Virus record (IMG/VR): IMGVR_UViG_3300025150_000003
Span: 105,414-169,413 of that record
Direction: 5' to 3' (one strand)
Source: a virus
DNA length: 64,000 nucleotides
The position numbers and the translations under genes are program-made. Shown here in pieces: positions 29,377-38,621 of the stretch (positions are counted from its first letter, which is position 1; every line of letters begins with the position of its first letter). The notes beneath the pieces are model-generated. The model did not search any database, was not told the DNA's origin, and saw only the letters and a list, made by a program, of their open reading frames with translations.

Positions 29377-32300
29377 TTACAGTGCTCCTGCCGCGATAGC
29401 AGCCTGGATGCCACGGATGACCTCAGCCGCATTCCCGAAGCTGTTGATGACCACAGAGGAGCCGCCGCCACCACTCCGGGACCCAGCACTCTGAACAGCT
29501 CCGGTCCCCTTGGAGGCCAGTGCCGTCACGGTGTCGGCCTTGTCGATGCGCTGGGCGAACTTGACCCGCCCACCGGAACCGATCTGCATGAGGAAGTCCT
29601 GGGCTGCCGGCTTACCAGCTTGGACAGCACCGATTTTGTTCTGGATGGCTACAGCACCACGAAGGCCAGCCTTTTTCCTGAGCAGATCCCCTCGACGTAC
29701 CTTGAGACCCGTTTCTGGATCCGTGACCATCTCAGTGAGATTGACCCCAGTGATGTCCCCACCCATCAGGCGTTTCGACATGGTAAGGATCTCATCAGAG
29801 CCACCGCCTACACCTGAGTTGGCCAAGGCCAACCCCAACGTCTTTTCTTCCTCAGTAGCGACGACGTCTTTCCACGCATCAATGAGTCGCTTGTCGGACT
29901 CTTTCTTCTGCTCTTTCTCAACCTCCACACCCTTCTTCGCACGCTCATCATCAATCCTCTTCTGCTCCCGAACCGACACCTCAGTTTCTTTGGAGAAATC
30001 TTTTGCACTCAAGCCCTCCTGGGTCAGGGTCGGACTAAACCTATCCATCGTAGGTTGCAAACCCGTATTAGCTGATCCCATGGACAACCCGCTACTGGTT
30101 CGACCCTTGAACCACCCCCCGCCATAGGATGAACCCAGACCCAGGACATTTGACATAGCACTGGCCAGCTCGCTTTGTGTGGAAATCACATCCTCCGCAT
30201 GTTGGCCTGGGGTGGTCTTCCCGGTCCAATATTGCATGTTGGATTCCGCTATTTTAGATGCGGCTGGCCCAGCCAGGTCTTCACCCGTGAGCTTCTCAAT
30301 CTCTTTAGCTGCTGTCAGCAGAGTACCTGCACTCCCCATGCCCTCGTTTTTATAGGTCTTCGGGTCCAGAGACTGCTCCTTTGTATTCCCCTCAGCGACT
30401 TCTCGGATGTTTGAGATTTCCCGAAGACCCTTGCGCTGTACGACTTCCCGACTTTGCAATGCGGCAAGTACGCCCTGCTTGGCAGCCAAACTTGTCTCTG
30501 CATCTTTTTTCTCTGCCCCGGAGAGCTTAGGGATCGATCTCTCCAACTCCTTCATTTCCCCAAATACCTTGGTCTTCTGCTCCCGTGTGGCTCGGATCTC
30601 CTCCGCCATCTCAGCTTGGGCCTTCACTTTTGCCTTCCGCTGATCTGCATCAAGCCCCACCCCAAAGAATGCCTTAATGTCCAGGATGACATCATAGATG
30701 TCTTGCAGCCAAGATTGAATGGTACGTTCCAAGATATTGCTGATGTCATCCGTGTTTGAGGCAATCTCCTGAGCCAGCAGAATGTCCTGAGCGATTTGGG
30801 TCTCATCCGGCTTGAATTGGGAGCCCAACCCAATGAAGACATCCTGCAACTGGTCCCCAATCTCCTTCCCGAGAACGGGGAGACCCGAATCGTCAAAGGT
30901 AGCACGGAAGGCCCTACCATTTTCCATGGCAACCCCGAACTCCTTCAAGAAGACGTTAGCATCTTTCTCCGTGACCTTCCCCGATTTCACATCCTGAATC
31001 ATCAGGAAGGCGGCCCGCATAGCCCCCCCCATCTCTCGGAGCTTGTCTACGGACTGCCCTGTCTCACCAGCCAGGGACTCGAAAGCCATGTTCAATTCTT
31101 CTGCATCAATAGGGATCTGTTCAAGGCTCTTGCCCGTATTACGGAGAGCTGCATTCAGACGTAGGAACAAGGTGGCACCCGCCCCAACACCACCCAAGGC
31201 GGCAGCCGCCCCACCCCGTGTGCCCTTGAATCCCATTGACCCCTTGTACATGCTTGGGATCATGCGGCTGAGCCCTGGATTGCCACTAGCCTGCATCTTG
31301 AACTGAAGATTAGCGACCTCCGTGGTGGTCATCTTGCTCAGAGCTTTCGCAAAACCCTCAGGCCCCTGGTCCAGTCCGGCATCTTTCAACACTTTCCGAA
31401 GCAGGCTCACCTGTGCCGGCGAGCTGTCCTTACTGGCTGCCCATGTGGCCATCTTGTTTTGGAATTCCTCGGCGGCAAAGATGGTGTCCTTCTGAGCGAC
31501 ACTGTTCACAACAGAGGGACCAATCTTCATCGCCTTGAGGATCCGGTCTTGTGTACCCAGGTCACGGAACCCCTTCACCAGATCCTGGAGCATCTCCCCG
31601 CCCATCTTCTGCCCTAGAACCTTGCCCAACTGAATCAGAAGACCGGCGGCTTCCTCGATTCGAACGTTGTACATGCTCATCCCACTCGTGGCCTGGTACA
31701 GCATACTCAGGAATCGTTTCGTAGCAAATCCAGATTCTTTGGCAGCCATGGTGATGCCGGAATACCTTTGCTGGATGCCTTCCAGACTGAACCCCAACTC
31801 CTCCATGTAAGATGCCATCTGTGTGCTGATGTCCTGAGTGGAGGCTCCCAGAATCTTGGAGTAGGTCAGCACCGTCATTGAGTAGTCACGGAGACGCATC
31901 ATCTCGTTGCCGGCTTCTCGCACTCCGTCAGCCATCTTCTTGAACGACACCCCCGCATCAGAGAAAGACCCAAGAATCTGTAAATTGTCCTTGGCCGTAG
32001 TTCCCCAGAGGTTGTTGAAATCAAAATCGGTAAAAGTCTTACGAACTTGGTTGAGGCGGTCCCCCATCATCCCAAACTCGTCCACGAGGTCCATCCCAGA
32101 GATGCCTGCATCCATGAGCGTCCTGTTCAAATCTTTCATAGCACTATCAGCCGAGACCAAGATCGCTACTACAGCCGCAAACCCCGCAGCAATAGCCCCG
32201 ATGGCAGCAATGCCTGGGCCAAGCATAGTAAGCATTCCTCCAATAGCTGTGAGCGCCCCGCCGCCGCCACTCTCCTTGCCCTTCTTGGCCATCCCCTTGC

Positions 32301-32904
32301 CGGCCTTGCCCATCCCTCCGCCAAGGCCCTGAAGGAGACCACCCAAGTCCCCGCTTCGAACCTTCCCAAACGCCGAACTGATGGAGTCACCAAAGGCATT
32401 GCCGGCCTTGATGGTCTTCGCCATATGCTCTTTGTCGAGGATTCTCTGAGCCGCCTCCATCGCTTTCTTGCGACGGGCCATCAACCGGTCAGTATTCTTA
32501 ACCTCCTGCTTGAACTGTTCATCGAGACCCTTGAGCCGGATCTGCTCCTGCTTGAGCAGTCCTTCTTGTTGTTTCTTTTCAGCTTCTGAGAGGCCCTTGC
32601 GGCGAGATGCCACCTGAAGGTCAAAGACCCTCTTCATCGAAGACTCAACCTGCTCAGTCAGCGGACGGAGCTTGTCTACAAAGCCTTTCAGGTTGGTCTT
32701 CCCGAAACCCTGAGTAGCTGCTGCTGCGATGGTGTCCGAGAACTGCTTCTGGATCTTGCCCTGTGCCCGCCCGAACCCCCTGATCAGGTCCGTCATGTCC
32801 CCATTGATACGGAACTTGCCAGCGGCCTTCTGCAAGTCCTTGACAAACTTCGAGGTCTCCGCCTCAAGCTCAACGGTCAGCCCCAGGACATCTTTCATCG
32901 CCAT
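29377..32904 (-). CDS. Tail tape measure protein (1175 aa)
   Basis: Long alpha-helical, A/G/K/Q-rich protein with a hydrophobic segment (GIAAIGAIAAGFAAVVAILV). Canonical position after tube and chaperones. Confidence 0.85.
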   Translation of the reverse strand: MAMKDVLGLTVELEAETSKFVKDLQKAAGKFRINGDMTDLIRGFGRAQGKIQKQFSDTIAAAATQGFGKTNLKGFVDKLRPLTEQVESSMKRVFDLQVASRRKGLSEAEKKQQEGLLKQEQIRLKGLDEQFKQEVKNTDRLMARRKKAMEAAQRILDKEHMAKTIKAGNAFGDSISSAFGKVRSGDLGGLLQGLGGGMGKAGKGMAKKGKESGGGGALTAIGGMLTMLGPGIAAIGAIAAGFAAVVAILVSADSAMKDLNRTLMDAGISGMDLVDEFGMMGDRLNQVRKTFTDFDFNNLWGTTAKDNLQILGSFSDAGVSFKKMADGVREAGNEMMRLRDYSMTVLTYSKILGASTQDISTQMASYMEELGFSLEGIQQRYSGITMAAKESGFATKRFLSMLYQATSGMSMYNVRIEEAAGLLIQLGKVLGQKMGGEMLQDLVKGFRDLGTQDRILKAMKIGPSVVNSVAQKDTIFAAEEFQNKMATWAASKDSSPAQVSLLRKVLKDAGLDQGPEGFAKALSKMTTTEVANLQFKMQASGNPGLSRMIPSMYKGSMGFKGTRGGAAAALGGVGAGATLFLRLNAALRNTGKSLEQIPIDAEELNMAFESLAGETGQSVDKLREMGGAMRAAFLMIQDVKSGKVTEKDANVFLKEFGVAMENGRAFRATFDDSGLPVLGKEIGDQLQDVFIGLGSQFKPDETQIAQDILLAQEIASNTDDISNILERTIQSWLQDIYDVILDIKAFFGVGLDADQRKAKVKAQAEMAEEIRATREQKTKVFGEMKELERSIPKLSGAEKKDAETSLAAKQGVLAALQSREVVQRKGLREISNIREVAEGNTKEQSLDPKTYKNEGMGSAGTLLTAAKEIEKLTGEDLAGPAASKIAESNMQYWTGKTTPGQHAEDVISTQSELASAMSNVLGLGSSYGGGWFKGRTSSGLSMGSANTGLQPTMDRFSPTLTQEGLSAKDFSKETEVSVREQKRIDDERAKKGVEVEKEQKKESDKRLIDAWKDVVATEEEKTLGLALANSGVGGGSDEILTMSKRLMGGDITGVNLTEMVTDPETGLKVRRGDLLRKKAGLRGAVAIQNKIGAVQAGKPAAQDFLMQIGSGGRVKFAQRIDKADTVTALASKGTGAVQSAGSRSGGGGSSVVINSFGNAAEVIRGIQAAIAAGAL

Positions 32905-32908
32905 AGCG

Positions 32909-34111
32909 CTACTCCCCTGTCCCGAAGGCCGGGTTCCGGTCCTTGATCAACTGATGAAGAGTCCGAGTGTCCGTATCAGGGTTGAAGCTCGGATCCACCA
33001 CCTTGCCGCCAACCACGGCTAGGTTCCCAGCATCAGGCCGCTCCCCGATGTACTTGTTGAACAGCTTTTCCGTGGTCTGGGACTTCGGGATGAACGAGAC
33101 ACCCGGACGACCCATCTGCCGCTGTGAGAGCATCGCCTGGAGCTGCTCTGCGGACATCGCCATGAGAGGCTGAGGCCTGAACTTGCCATCCTCCCAGCCC
33201 AGTTCCTCCCGCTTGCGCTGAAGGGCCTGACGGCGGGCCTCACGCTCCTGTGCTTCCGTCTCGTGCTGGACCCGGATCCGCTCCTTGTAGTCCGCCACGA
33301 CCTGGTCATGGAGGTCATGGTCTTCGGTGACCCACCGCTTCATCTCATTTTCGAGGTCCTCAACGGTCTTGACCCCTTGGATGCGGTGCATGGACCCATC
33401 CGTGCCCTGCACGATGCCGTTCCCATCCACGACACCGAGCTTGCTGTAGTAGTGCAGGTCCAGACGCCTCTGCCGGGATTCCTGGTCATCAGCCCTTCGC
33501 TGATGGTCCCGCTCATCCATCTTCTTGATAGCCTTGGGAGCATTCGAGCTGGCGACGAGCTTGAAGCCTTCCCAAGCGGTCTCCTCAGAACGCTTGGTGT
33601 CCTCCATCTCGTTGAACGCCACCCAGATCCGCTGAACCACATTCAACCCAAGATTTTCCGCACCGGGGACACCCGACCGGCGCAACCCTTCCATCCCCAT
33701 GGTCTTCCACTGGTAACGGGAACTCATCTCAAAACAGAAGACCTCGATGGAGTTCGCAGCCTCGTTCATCCGGCTCCACATCCCAAGCAACAATGAGAAC
33801 AGGATGTCGAGTGCTGTGTGAGGGAGCAACCGCAACCGATCGGCCAGGAAAGGAATCACATCATCGTGCCCCAGGACGGTTCGCCCCTCAATCATCCAGA
33901 TTGAGGTGGCGATCGCCCACAGCCGCCAGTCATCATTGTTGCCACCCTCTGTCCGTGCTCGAAGCATGAACAGGTCCCCCGTGCTCAAAGACCGCATGTG
34001 CATACGCACGCCCCCAACAGACACCGGGTGTGTCAGGAAGCCAGGTGCCAACAGGGCCTCTACGTCCTCGTAGAAACGACTGCGCTGGTCAGGGGTGGTG
34101 GTAGGGAGCAC
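32909..34111 (-). CDS. Tail/baseplate assembly chaperone-like protein (400 aa)
   Basis: Between tube and tape measure; N-terminal VSVGGVRMHMRSLSTGD resembles tail chaperones. Confidence 0.55.
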   Translation of the reverse strand: MLPTTTPDQRSRFYEDVEALLAPGFLTHPVSVGGVRMHMRSLSTGDLFMLRARTEGGNNDDWRLWAIATSIWMIEGRTVLGHDDVIPFLADRLRLLPHTALDILFSLLLGMWSRMNEAANSIEVFCFEMSSRYQWKTMGMEGLRRSGVPGAENLGLNVVQRIWVAFNEMEDTKRSEETAWEGFKLVASSNAPKAIKKMDERDHQRRADDQESRQRRLDLHYYSKLGVVDGNGIVQGTDGSMHRIQGVKTVEDLENEMKRWVTEDHDLHDQVVADYKERIRVQHETEAQEREARRQALQRKREELGWEDGKFRPQPLMAMSAEQLQAMLSQRQMGRPGVSFIPKSQTTEKLFNKYIGERPDAGNLAVVGGKVVDPSFNPDTDTRTLHQLIKDRNPAFGTGE

Positions 34112-34119
34112 GCTCTACC

Positions 34120-35289
34120 TCACGGCTTGGTCGGGCGGGTGAACCGTGGGTTGCTCGACCCACCGGCCTCGGGCTGGGCGTTCAGAGCCTGCCGTGGATC
34201 CCCCTGTGGCCGATGCTCCGGGGTGCCCAGGTCTTGGACCGGCATCTGATACACCGGGACACCAGGATGACCCGGCATGTCCCCGAGGAGACGGGCCTGC
34301 TCGGCTGAGGCTTGCAGCACCCCGATCTCATCCTCAGCTTCTCGGGCCGCCAGGTGCGGAGGCCGACGGAGCTGCGGGTGGATGGTCTGCAACGCCGAGC
34401 CCTCATTCACAGGAGCCTTCCCCTGAGCGGCACGCTGCCTCATCATCGCGATGCGACGATGCTCGGCATCCAGTGCTGCATCCAACCCCTCGTCATCATC
34501 CATGTTGATGAACGAGGAGTCCGGGGCCTGGGACGGGGACACCGGTGGCGTCCGCTGTGGGGTGCGGTCCGGCGGGGGCGGGGCGGATGAAGGACTGATG
34601 GGGCCTGCCCGGCGAGCGGAGACGGGGAGCACCTGCTCAGGGTTCACCTGGTACTCGTCGTCATCCACAGGGTTGACTGGAGCCGGCGCAGGGGTGTCCG
34701 TGAGGTCCGCTGTTGCCGCGAGGGTGGCTACCTTGTCCGAGAACTTGGTCTTTTCGATGGACTCCGCACGTTCCATCTGTTCCTTCAGCTCGGTGACCCG
34801 CTTCTGAAGCCGATCGATCTCAGCGGGGATGCTGGAAGGCTCATATTTGATCTGCTTCTCTGCATCAGCCTCGGTCTTCTGAACCAGATCACTGAACCTG
34901 GTGAACACCGCTGTCAGCGACGGACGGGTCCACCGAGCCAGCAACTGTCGCATCGCCTTGTGCTTGGCGATCTTGATCGGGGTGCCGTTGCCGAGCTTCT
35001 CCCCGGTCTCGACAAAGTCCACCTCACGGAAGTCGTAATCCCCGACGGCTACAACTGCGTGAGAGAGGATCCCCATGCGGAACCGGTCGAGGTAGTCCAC
35101 CGCCGAGTGCTCACCCTCGTCAGCCTCATTGAGGGCGAGGGCCGCGTACTTCTGTGCCTCGACCTCCTCGGCAGGGAGAAGGACACGGATGGTGATGGTC
35201 GTCGGGCCGGCGTCGAACGTCAGCTCGCCCTGGCCAATCTCCGCAATCGGAGCAAGTGCCTGCTCCAGGGCCTGAAAATTGATCTGCAT
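34120..35289 (-). CDS. Tail assembly chaperone-like protein with Pro-rich disordered C-terminus (389 aa)
   Basis: First gene after the tube; TITIRVLLPAEE...ILSHAVVAVG is chaperone-like. Confidence 0.55.
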   Translation of the reverse strand: MQINFQALEQALAPIAEIGQGELTFDAGPTTITIRVLLPAEEVEAQKYAALALNEADEGEHSAVDYLDRFRMGILSHAVVAVGDYDFREVDFVETGEKLGNGTPIKIAKHKAMRQLLARWTRPSLTAVFTRFSDLVQKTEADAEKQIKYEPSSIPAEIDRLQKRVTELKEQMERAESIEKTKFSDKVATLAATADLTDTPAPAPVNPVDDDEYQVNPEQVLPVSARRAGPISPSSAPPPPDRTPQRTPPVSPSQAPDSSFINMDDDEGLDAALDAEHRRIAMMRQRAAQGKAPVNEGSALQTIHPQLRRPPHLAAREAEDEIGVLQASAEQARLLGDMPGHPGVPVYQMPVQDLGTPEHRPQGDPRQALNAQPEAGGSSNPRFTRPTKP

Positions 35290-35538
35290 CTGCTCGTTCC
35301 CCTTATGGTCAGGAAACAGCAGCGGCGGCTCTGGACAGCACGAGAAGTCATGATCTGGCCGAATCCGTCCTCAGCACATCGAACCATCTCCCTGGTGGGA
35401 GAGGAGTACAGAGCAAGCGGGGGTCATCACATTCGTCGAGTAGTCCGTCGTCGGAGCCACCGGCTGTTACCGATTGAACCATCCCCCACCCGGGGGAGGT
35501 GCCGTCTACATCCTACCCAGTCCGACTGCTACGGACGG
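35290..35538 (-). promoter_or_regulatory. Structured RNA spacer/leader, copy T of a duplicated element
   Basis: Two CC-U[stem-loop]A-UGG hairpins flank GAUGACC. A further hairpin (CUGCUGUUUCCU/GGGGAACGAGCAG) covers the chaperone RBS. Architecture matches 52307..52532. Confidence 0.6.
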
Positions 35539-36411
35539 TTAGCCCTGAATGAATGGCGACTGTGGGCTCCCGCCCGTGATGTCACCACCCGACTGGTTCA
35601 TGTTGAAGTTCGGGTTGCTCTCGCCGAACCGGATGGAACCGAGCTGCCCGATGGTCGGGTCGTTACCCGTGGCGAGGAACTCACCGTACATCGAGGCGAA
35701 GTCGTGGACGTCGGTGACGGTCACGTCGCCCGTCTCCATGATCATGCCGCTGTCCTTCGCGAACGTGGCGGACCACGACGTGAACCAGCAGGCCTCGTAG
35801 ATGGTGATGATGGCCGAGTGGCCGCGAGCCGAGCCCGGAGCCTTGCCCACGTTGCCACCGGAGCTGTTGCCCGTCGCCGGGTTGCCCGAGGGACCGAAGT
35901 CCGGCGTGACGTTGGGGTAGGTCACCTGCTTGACACCACCATCGAACGACCCGGTGCCACCCTGGTGCCCTTCGTTGGGCTTGCCCATGTCGATGTCCGC
36001 CAGGGTCGAGAACACGAGCTGCTGCTCGATGTCGAACGGCCAGCGGTGATGGGCCAGCGAACGCACGGGGCCATCGACTCCCGAGGAATAGCCCGTGGCC
36101 TGCCAGAGGTTGCACAAGTAGAGCAGGGCTCGCTCGAAAGAACCCGTGGTGGGCTCTGTCACGCTGGGCACCAGCTCGGCCACCTGGTCACCGAAACCGA
36201 TACCACGCACCGGCTCAACCGTGCGGCTCTGGCTCGGGTTGAAGCTCGACACGACGCCCATCTGGTGCATCGCCTGGTTCGACCCGTAATGCGGAGTCAG
36301 CAGGCGGACCTTCTGACTCACTGCCGTGCGGGTGTTGGGCGACGTGCCCATGTTGTAGAGGTAGGAACTACCCCCCAAACCATTCGATGGGCCGTTGTCC
36401 ATGTTCGCCAT
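35539..36411 (-). CDS. Tail tube protein (290 aa)
   Basis: GVVSSFNPSQSRTVEPVRGIGFGD...PFDIEQ...TIYEACWFTSWS is a typical myovirus tube pattern. Strongly G/C-ending codons. Confidence 0.8.
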   Translation of the reverse strand: MANMDNGPSNGLGGSSYLYNMGTSPNTRTAVSQKVRLLTPHYGSNQAMHQMGVVSSFNPSQSRTVEPVRGIGFGDQVAELVPSVTEPTTGSFERALLYLCNLWQATGYSSGVDGPVRSLAHHRWPFDIEQQLVFSTLADIDMGKPNEGHQGGTGSFDGGVKQVTYPNVTPDFGPSGNPATGNSSGGNVGKAPGSARGHSAIITIYEACWFTSWSATFAKDSGMIMETGDVTVTDVHDFASMYGEFLATGNDPTIGQLGSIRFGESNPNFNMNQSGGDITGGSPQSPFIQG

Positions 36412-36478
36412 GAGGGTTCTCCTGGGCAGTCGTAGAAGCGACGTTCACACTAGAGGAGAAGGTATAACGTAAAAAACG

Positions 36479-36507
36479 TGGACACAGGACCTGCGCTTTC
36501 GTAATGT
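36479..36507 (+). promoter_or_regulatory. Sigma70-like promoter, predicted leaderless transcript for the HNH gene
   Basis: TGGACA-17 nt-TAATGT, with ATG 36514 at the 7th nucleotide after the -10 box and no RBS. Confidence 0.6.
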
Positions 36508-36513
36508 TCCGGC

Positions 36514-37314
36514 ATGACTTTTACAAAACTGGTGGCCCTCAAAAGATGCACCCGATGCGGGGTTGAACAACCTGTCGGCGACTTCTTCTACCAGAGAAGA
36601 CAGCACCGAAACATCTGTAAAGGATGCCAAGAAAAAGAGAACCTCTCCACTGAGACTTTCAAGTGCACCCGCTGTGAACTCTCGAAACTAGCCCGAGAGT
36701 TCTATGTCTCTAGTGGGAAACGCCACTCCCAGTGTAAGAGCTGCGCCAAAACCTACCGAAAGCGATACAACAGGCGGACACCCAAAACTTCGCCTGAAAA
36801 GAAATGCTCTCGGTGTCTTCAGGTTTTGGATTCATCGGCGTTCTACTCCAAGCGGGACGCCTCGGATGGACTCCAAACTCAGTGTAAAGAGTGTATGCTC
36901 AACGCCATGAAACGCTCCCGTGAGCGACCAGCCATCAAAACTGCTTGGGGATCTGTCTCTGTTGCCCGTGCCCAGAAACTGATGATCACCCACCATCTCA
37001 GTTTCCCTGAAGTGGTAGACCTTCTGAGTGGGACCCACTGCCCCATATGTACACGCCCCTTCGGGGAAGGTTTTGGTGGTCAAGTTGACCACAACCACAT
37101 CACCGGCGAACTGCGAGGGCTTCTTTGCCTTCAATGTAACCTCCTGCTGGGAAATGCTAGAGACCAACCCGACATCCTGTTGGCCGCCCTCAACTATCTG
37201 GGGCACACCTCCGAATCCCCGCAGGTCCCTGAGACCGTCATACCAGCAACACCCCTGAAAAGGGTGTCCTCTCGACAAGAACCTTCCCGACGAAAAGTCT
37301 GGGAGGAGGTCTGA
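36514..37314 (+). CDS. Endonuclease VII-type HNH (probable homing) endonuclease with three Zn-ribbon repeats
   Basis: CPIC...VDHNHITGELRGLLCLQCNLLLG is the Endo VII signature. Three N-terminal C(T/S)RC...FY...CKxC repeats. Lower GC than flanking genes. Confidence 0.85.
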   Translation: MTFTKLVALKRCTRCGVEQPVGDFFYQRRQHRNICKGCQEKENLSTETFKCTRCELSKLAREFYVSSGKRHSQCKSCAKTYRKRYNRRTPKTSPEKKCSRCLQVLDSSAFYSKRDASDGLQTQCKECMLNAMKRSRERPAIKTAWGSVSVARAQKLMITHHLSFPEVVDLLSGTHCPICTRPFGEGFGGQVDHNHITGELRGLLCLQCNLLLGNARDQPDILLAALNYLGHTSESPQVPETVIPATPLKRVSSRQEPSRRKVWEEV

Positions 37315-37370
37315 TCAGGGGGTTCCTCTGACACCCTATCGAGTAGAAGGGGAGCCACCAGGAGAATAAC

Positions 37371-38420
37371 ATGGCTGTCAACGCACGCACGTTCCAAGTT
37401 CTGAGCATCATCCGCGAGCGAGCACTTGCGGACCTGACCACGACCCAAGAGGACATTAGCGAGTTCATCGCTAACCACCGAAAGATCAGCCCCGTGAACT
37501 ACAACAGGGCGTACATCTCCCCTTCCGCCCTGGCCAGCATCCTGGACCGGATGGCTGGACCTGACGACCTGCTTTCTCAGGGCACGAAAAATGAATTCTG
37601 GATGTCCCCCATGGGATCCCAGATGGCCGACCTCCTGGTGGACATCGACGGGTGCTCCAACCTGTTCATCGACAACTACAAGAAGATGGTGTGCTACGCC
37701 GCCCTCCAGCAGCGCAGCCGTCTCGGGCAGGGGGCTGCCACCCCCAATGACATCGCGGACGCCACGGGGCTCTCCGGGGACTCCGTGCGACGGGGACTCT
37801 CGGACCTCGTGGTGGACCACCTGGTGGAGGAGGATCGGTCAGGACGCCCCAACCTCTACACCCTCCCCTCAGGAGCAGATGACGGCTCGACCCCGGAAAA
37901 GGCCCAGGTGTCCGAAGAGGACATCGAGGACGCCGCCAGGAAGGGCTACAACCTCGGGAAGAAGGTCGATGATGACCCCACCACCAACATCATCGCGGAG
38001 ACTCTCGCGGAAATCGCTGCTGGCGAAGACGAGTGCTGGGTCCCCACCAAGGATGCCCCTCTCCTGGCTCATGATCCACTGGACCACCTGCCGAGGACTC
38101 TGAGCCAACTCCTCGAAAGCAACCCTCCGACAAACGCCTACGAGAGCTTCTGGGACCCGAAGCCCTTCGCCACGGTGGAGCAGCCCGCTGAGGAAACCGA
38201 GTTCGAGAAGCACCTTGACATTGCTGAGGAAACCGAGTTCGATACTTTCCCCACCCGTATCGGGGAAGCCTGGTTCGAGGTGCCCTTCGAGACGCGGGAA
38301 AGCCTGTACGCCCAGGCCACCGCCAGTGGCATGACTCTGCCGGATTTCCTCGACACTCTGGTGCACAGCCACGAGACGAAGATCCGTGAGGTCCTGTTCG
38401 GCGACTCGTTCTATTCCTGA
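37371..38420 (+). CDS. DNA-binding protein: winged HTH plus C-terminal ribbon-helix-helix-like segment
   Basis: wHTH: TPNDIADATGLSGDSVRRGLSDLVVDHLVEEDRSGRPNLYTL. RHH-like: FEVPFETRESLYAQATASGMTLPDFLDTLV. Acidic linker. AGGAGA RBS. Confidence 0.65.
   Translation: MAVNARTFQVLSIIRERALADLTTTQEDISEFIANHRKISPVNYNRAYISPSALASILDRMAGPDDLLSQGTKNEFWMSPMGSQMADLLVDIDGCSNLFIDNYKKMVCYAALQQRSRLGQGAATPNDIADATGLSGDSVRRGLSDLVVDHLVEEDRSGRPNLYTLPSGADDGSTPEKAQVSEEDIEDAARKGYNLGKKVDDDPTTNIIAETLAEIAAGEDECWVPTKDAPLLAHDPLDHLPRTLSQLLESNPPTNAYESFWDPKPFATVEQPAEETEFEKHLDIAEETEFDTFPTRIGEAWFEVPFETRESLYAQATASGMTLPDFLDTLVHSHETKIREVLFGDSFYS
38187..38242 (+). repeat. In-frame 20-bp direct repeat GCTGAGGAAACCGAGTTCGA (36-bp period)
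   Basis: Copies at 38187-38206 and 38223-38242 encode AEETEF twice. Confidence 0.85.
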
Positions 38421-38608
38421 GAAATGGCATCAGCCTGGGGGACCAGCTCAAGGTCCTCCGGGCTGAGCGCCCAAGCTGTACCCAGAACTGACACTTGCTC
38501 ATCAGGCAACTCTTCCTCAGATGAGTCGGCCGAGGCAAGAGTCACTTCCTCGTAGTCGTTCATGATCCAGGTTCCTTGTCCGTAGAGGGACTGGTCCATT
38601 GTGATCAT
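38411..38608 (-). CDS. Small acidic hypothetical protein (~65 aa)
   Basis: Fills the gap downstream of 38622..39371; start uncertain (38608 or 38599). Confidence 0.45.
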   Translation of the reverse strand: MITMDQSLYGQGTWIMNDYEEVTLASADSSEEELPDEQVSVLGTAWALSPEDLELVPQADAISQE

Positions 38609-38621
38609 ACCCACCAGACGT

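Noticed and set aside
34100-34135. Programmed frameshift fusing the two chaperone genes (lambda G/GT style)
   Set aside because: No slippery heptamer, and an in-frame TAG lies two codons upstream of the second gene's GTG.
38187-38242. CRISPR-like mini-array
   Set aside because: Only two 20-bp copies, in frame inside a CDS; no cas genes.
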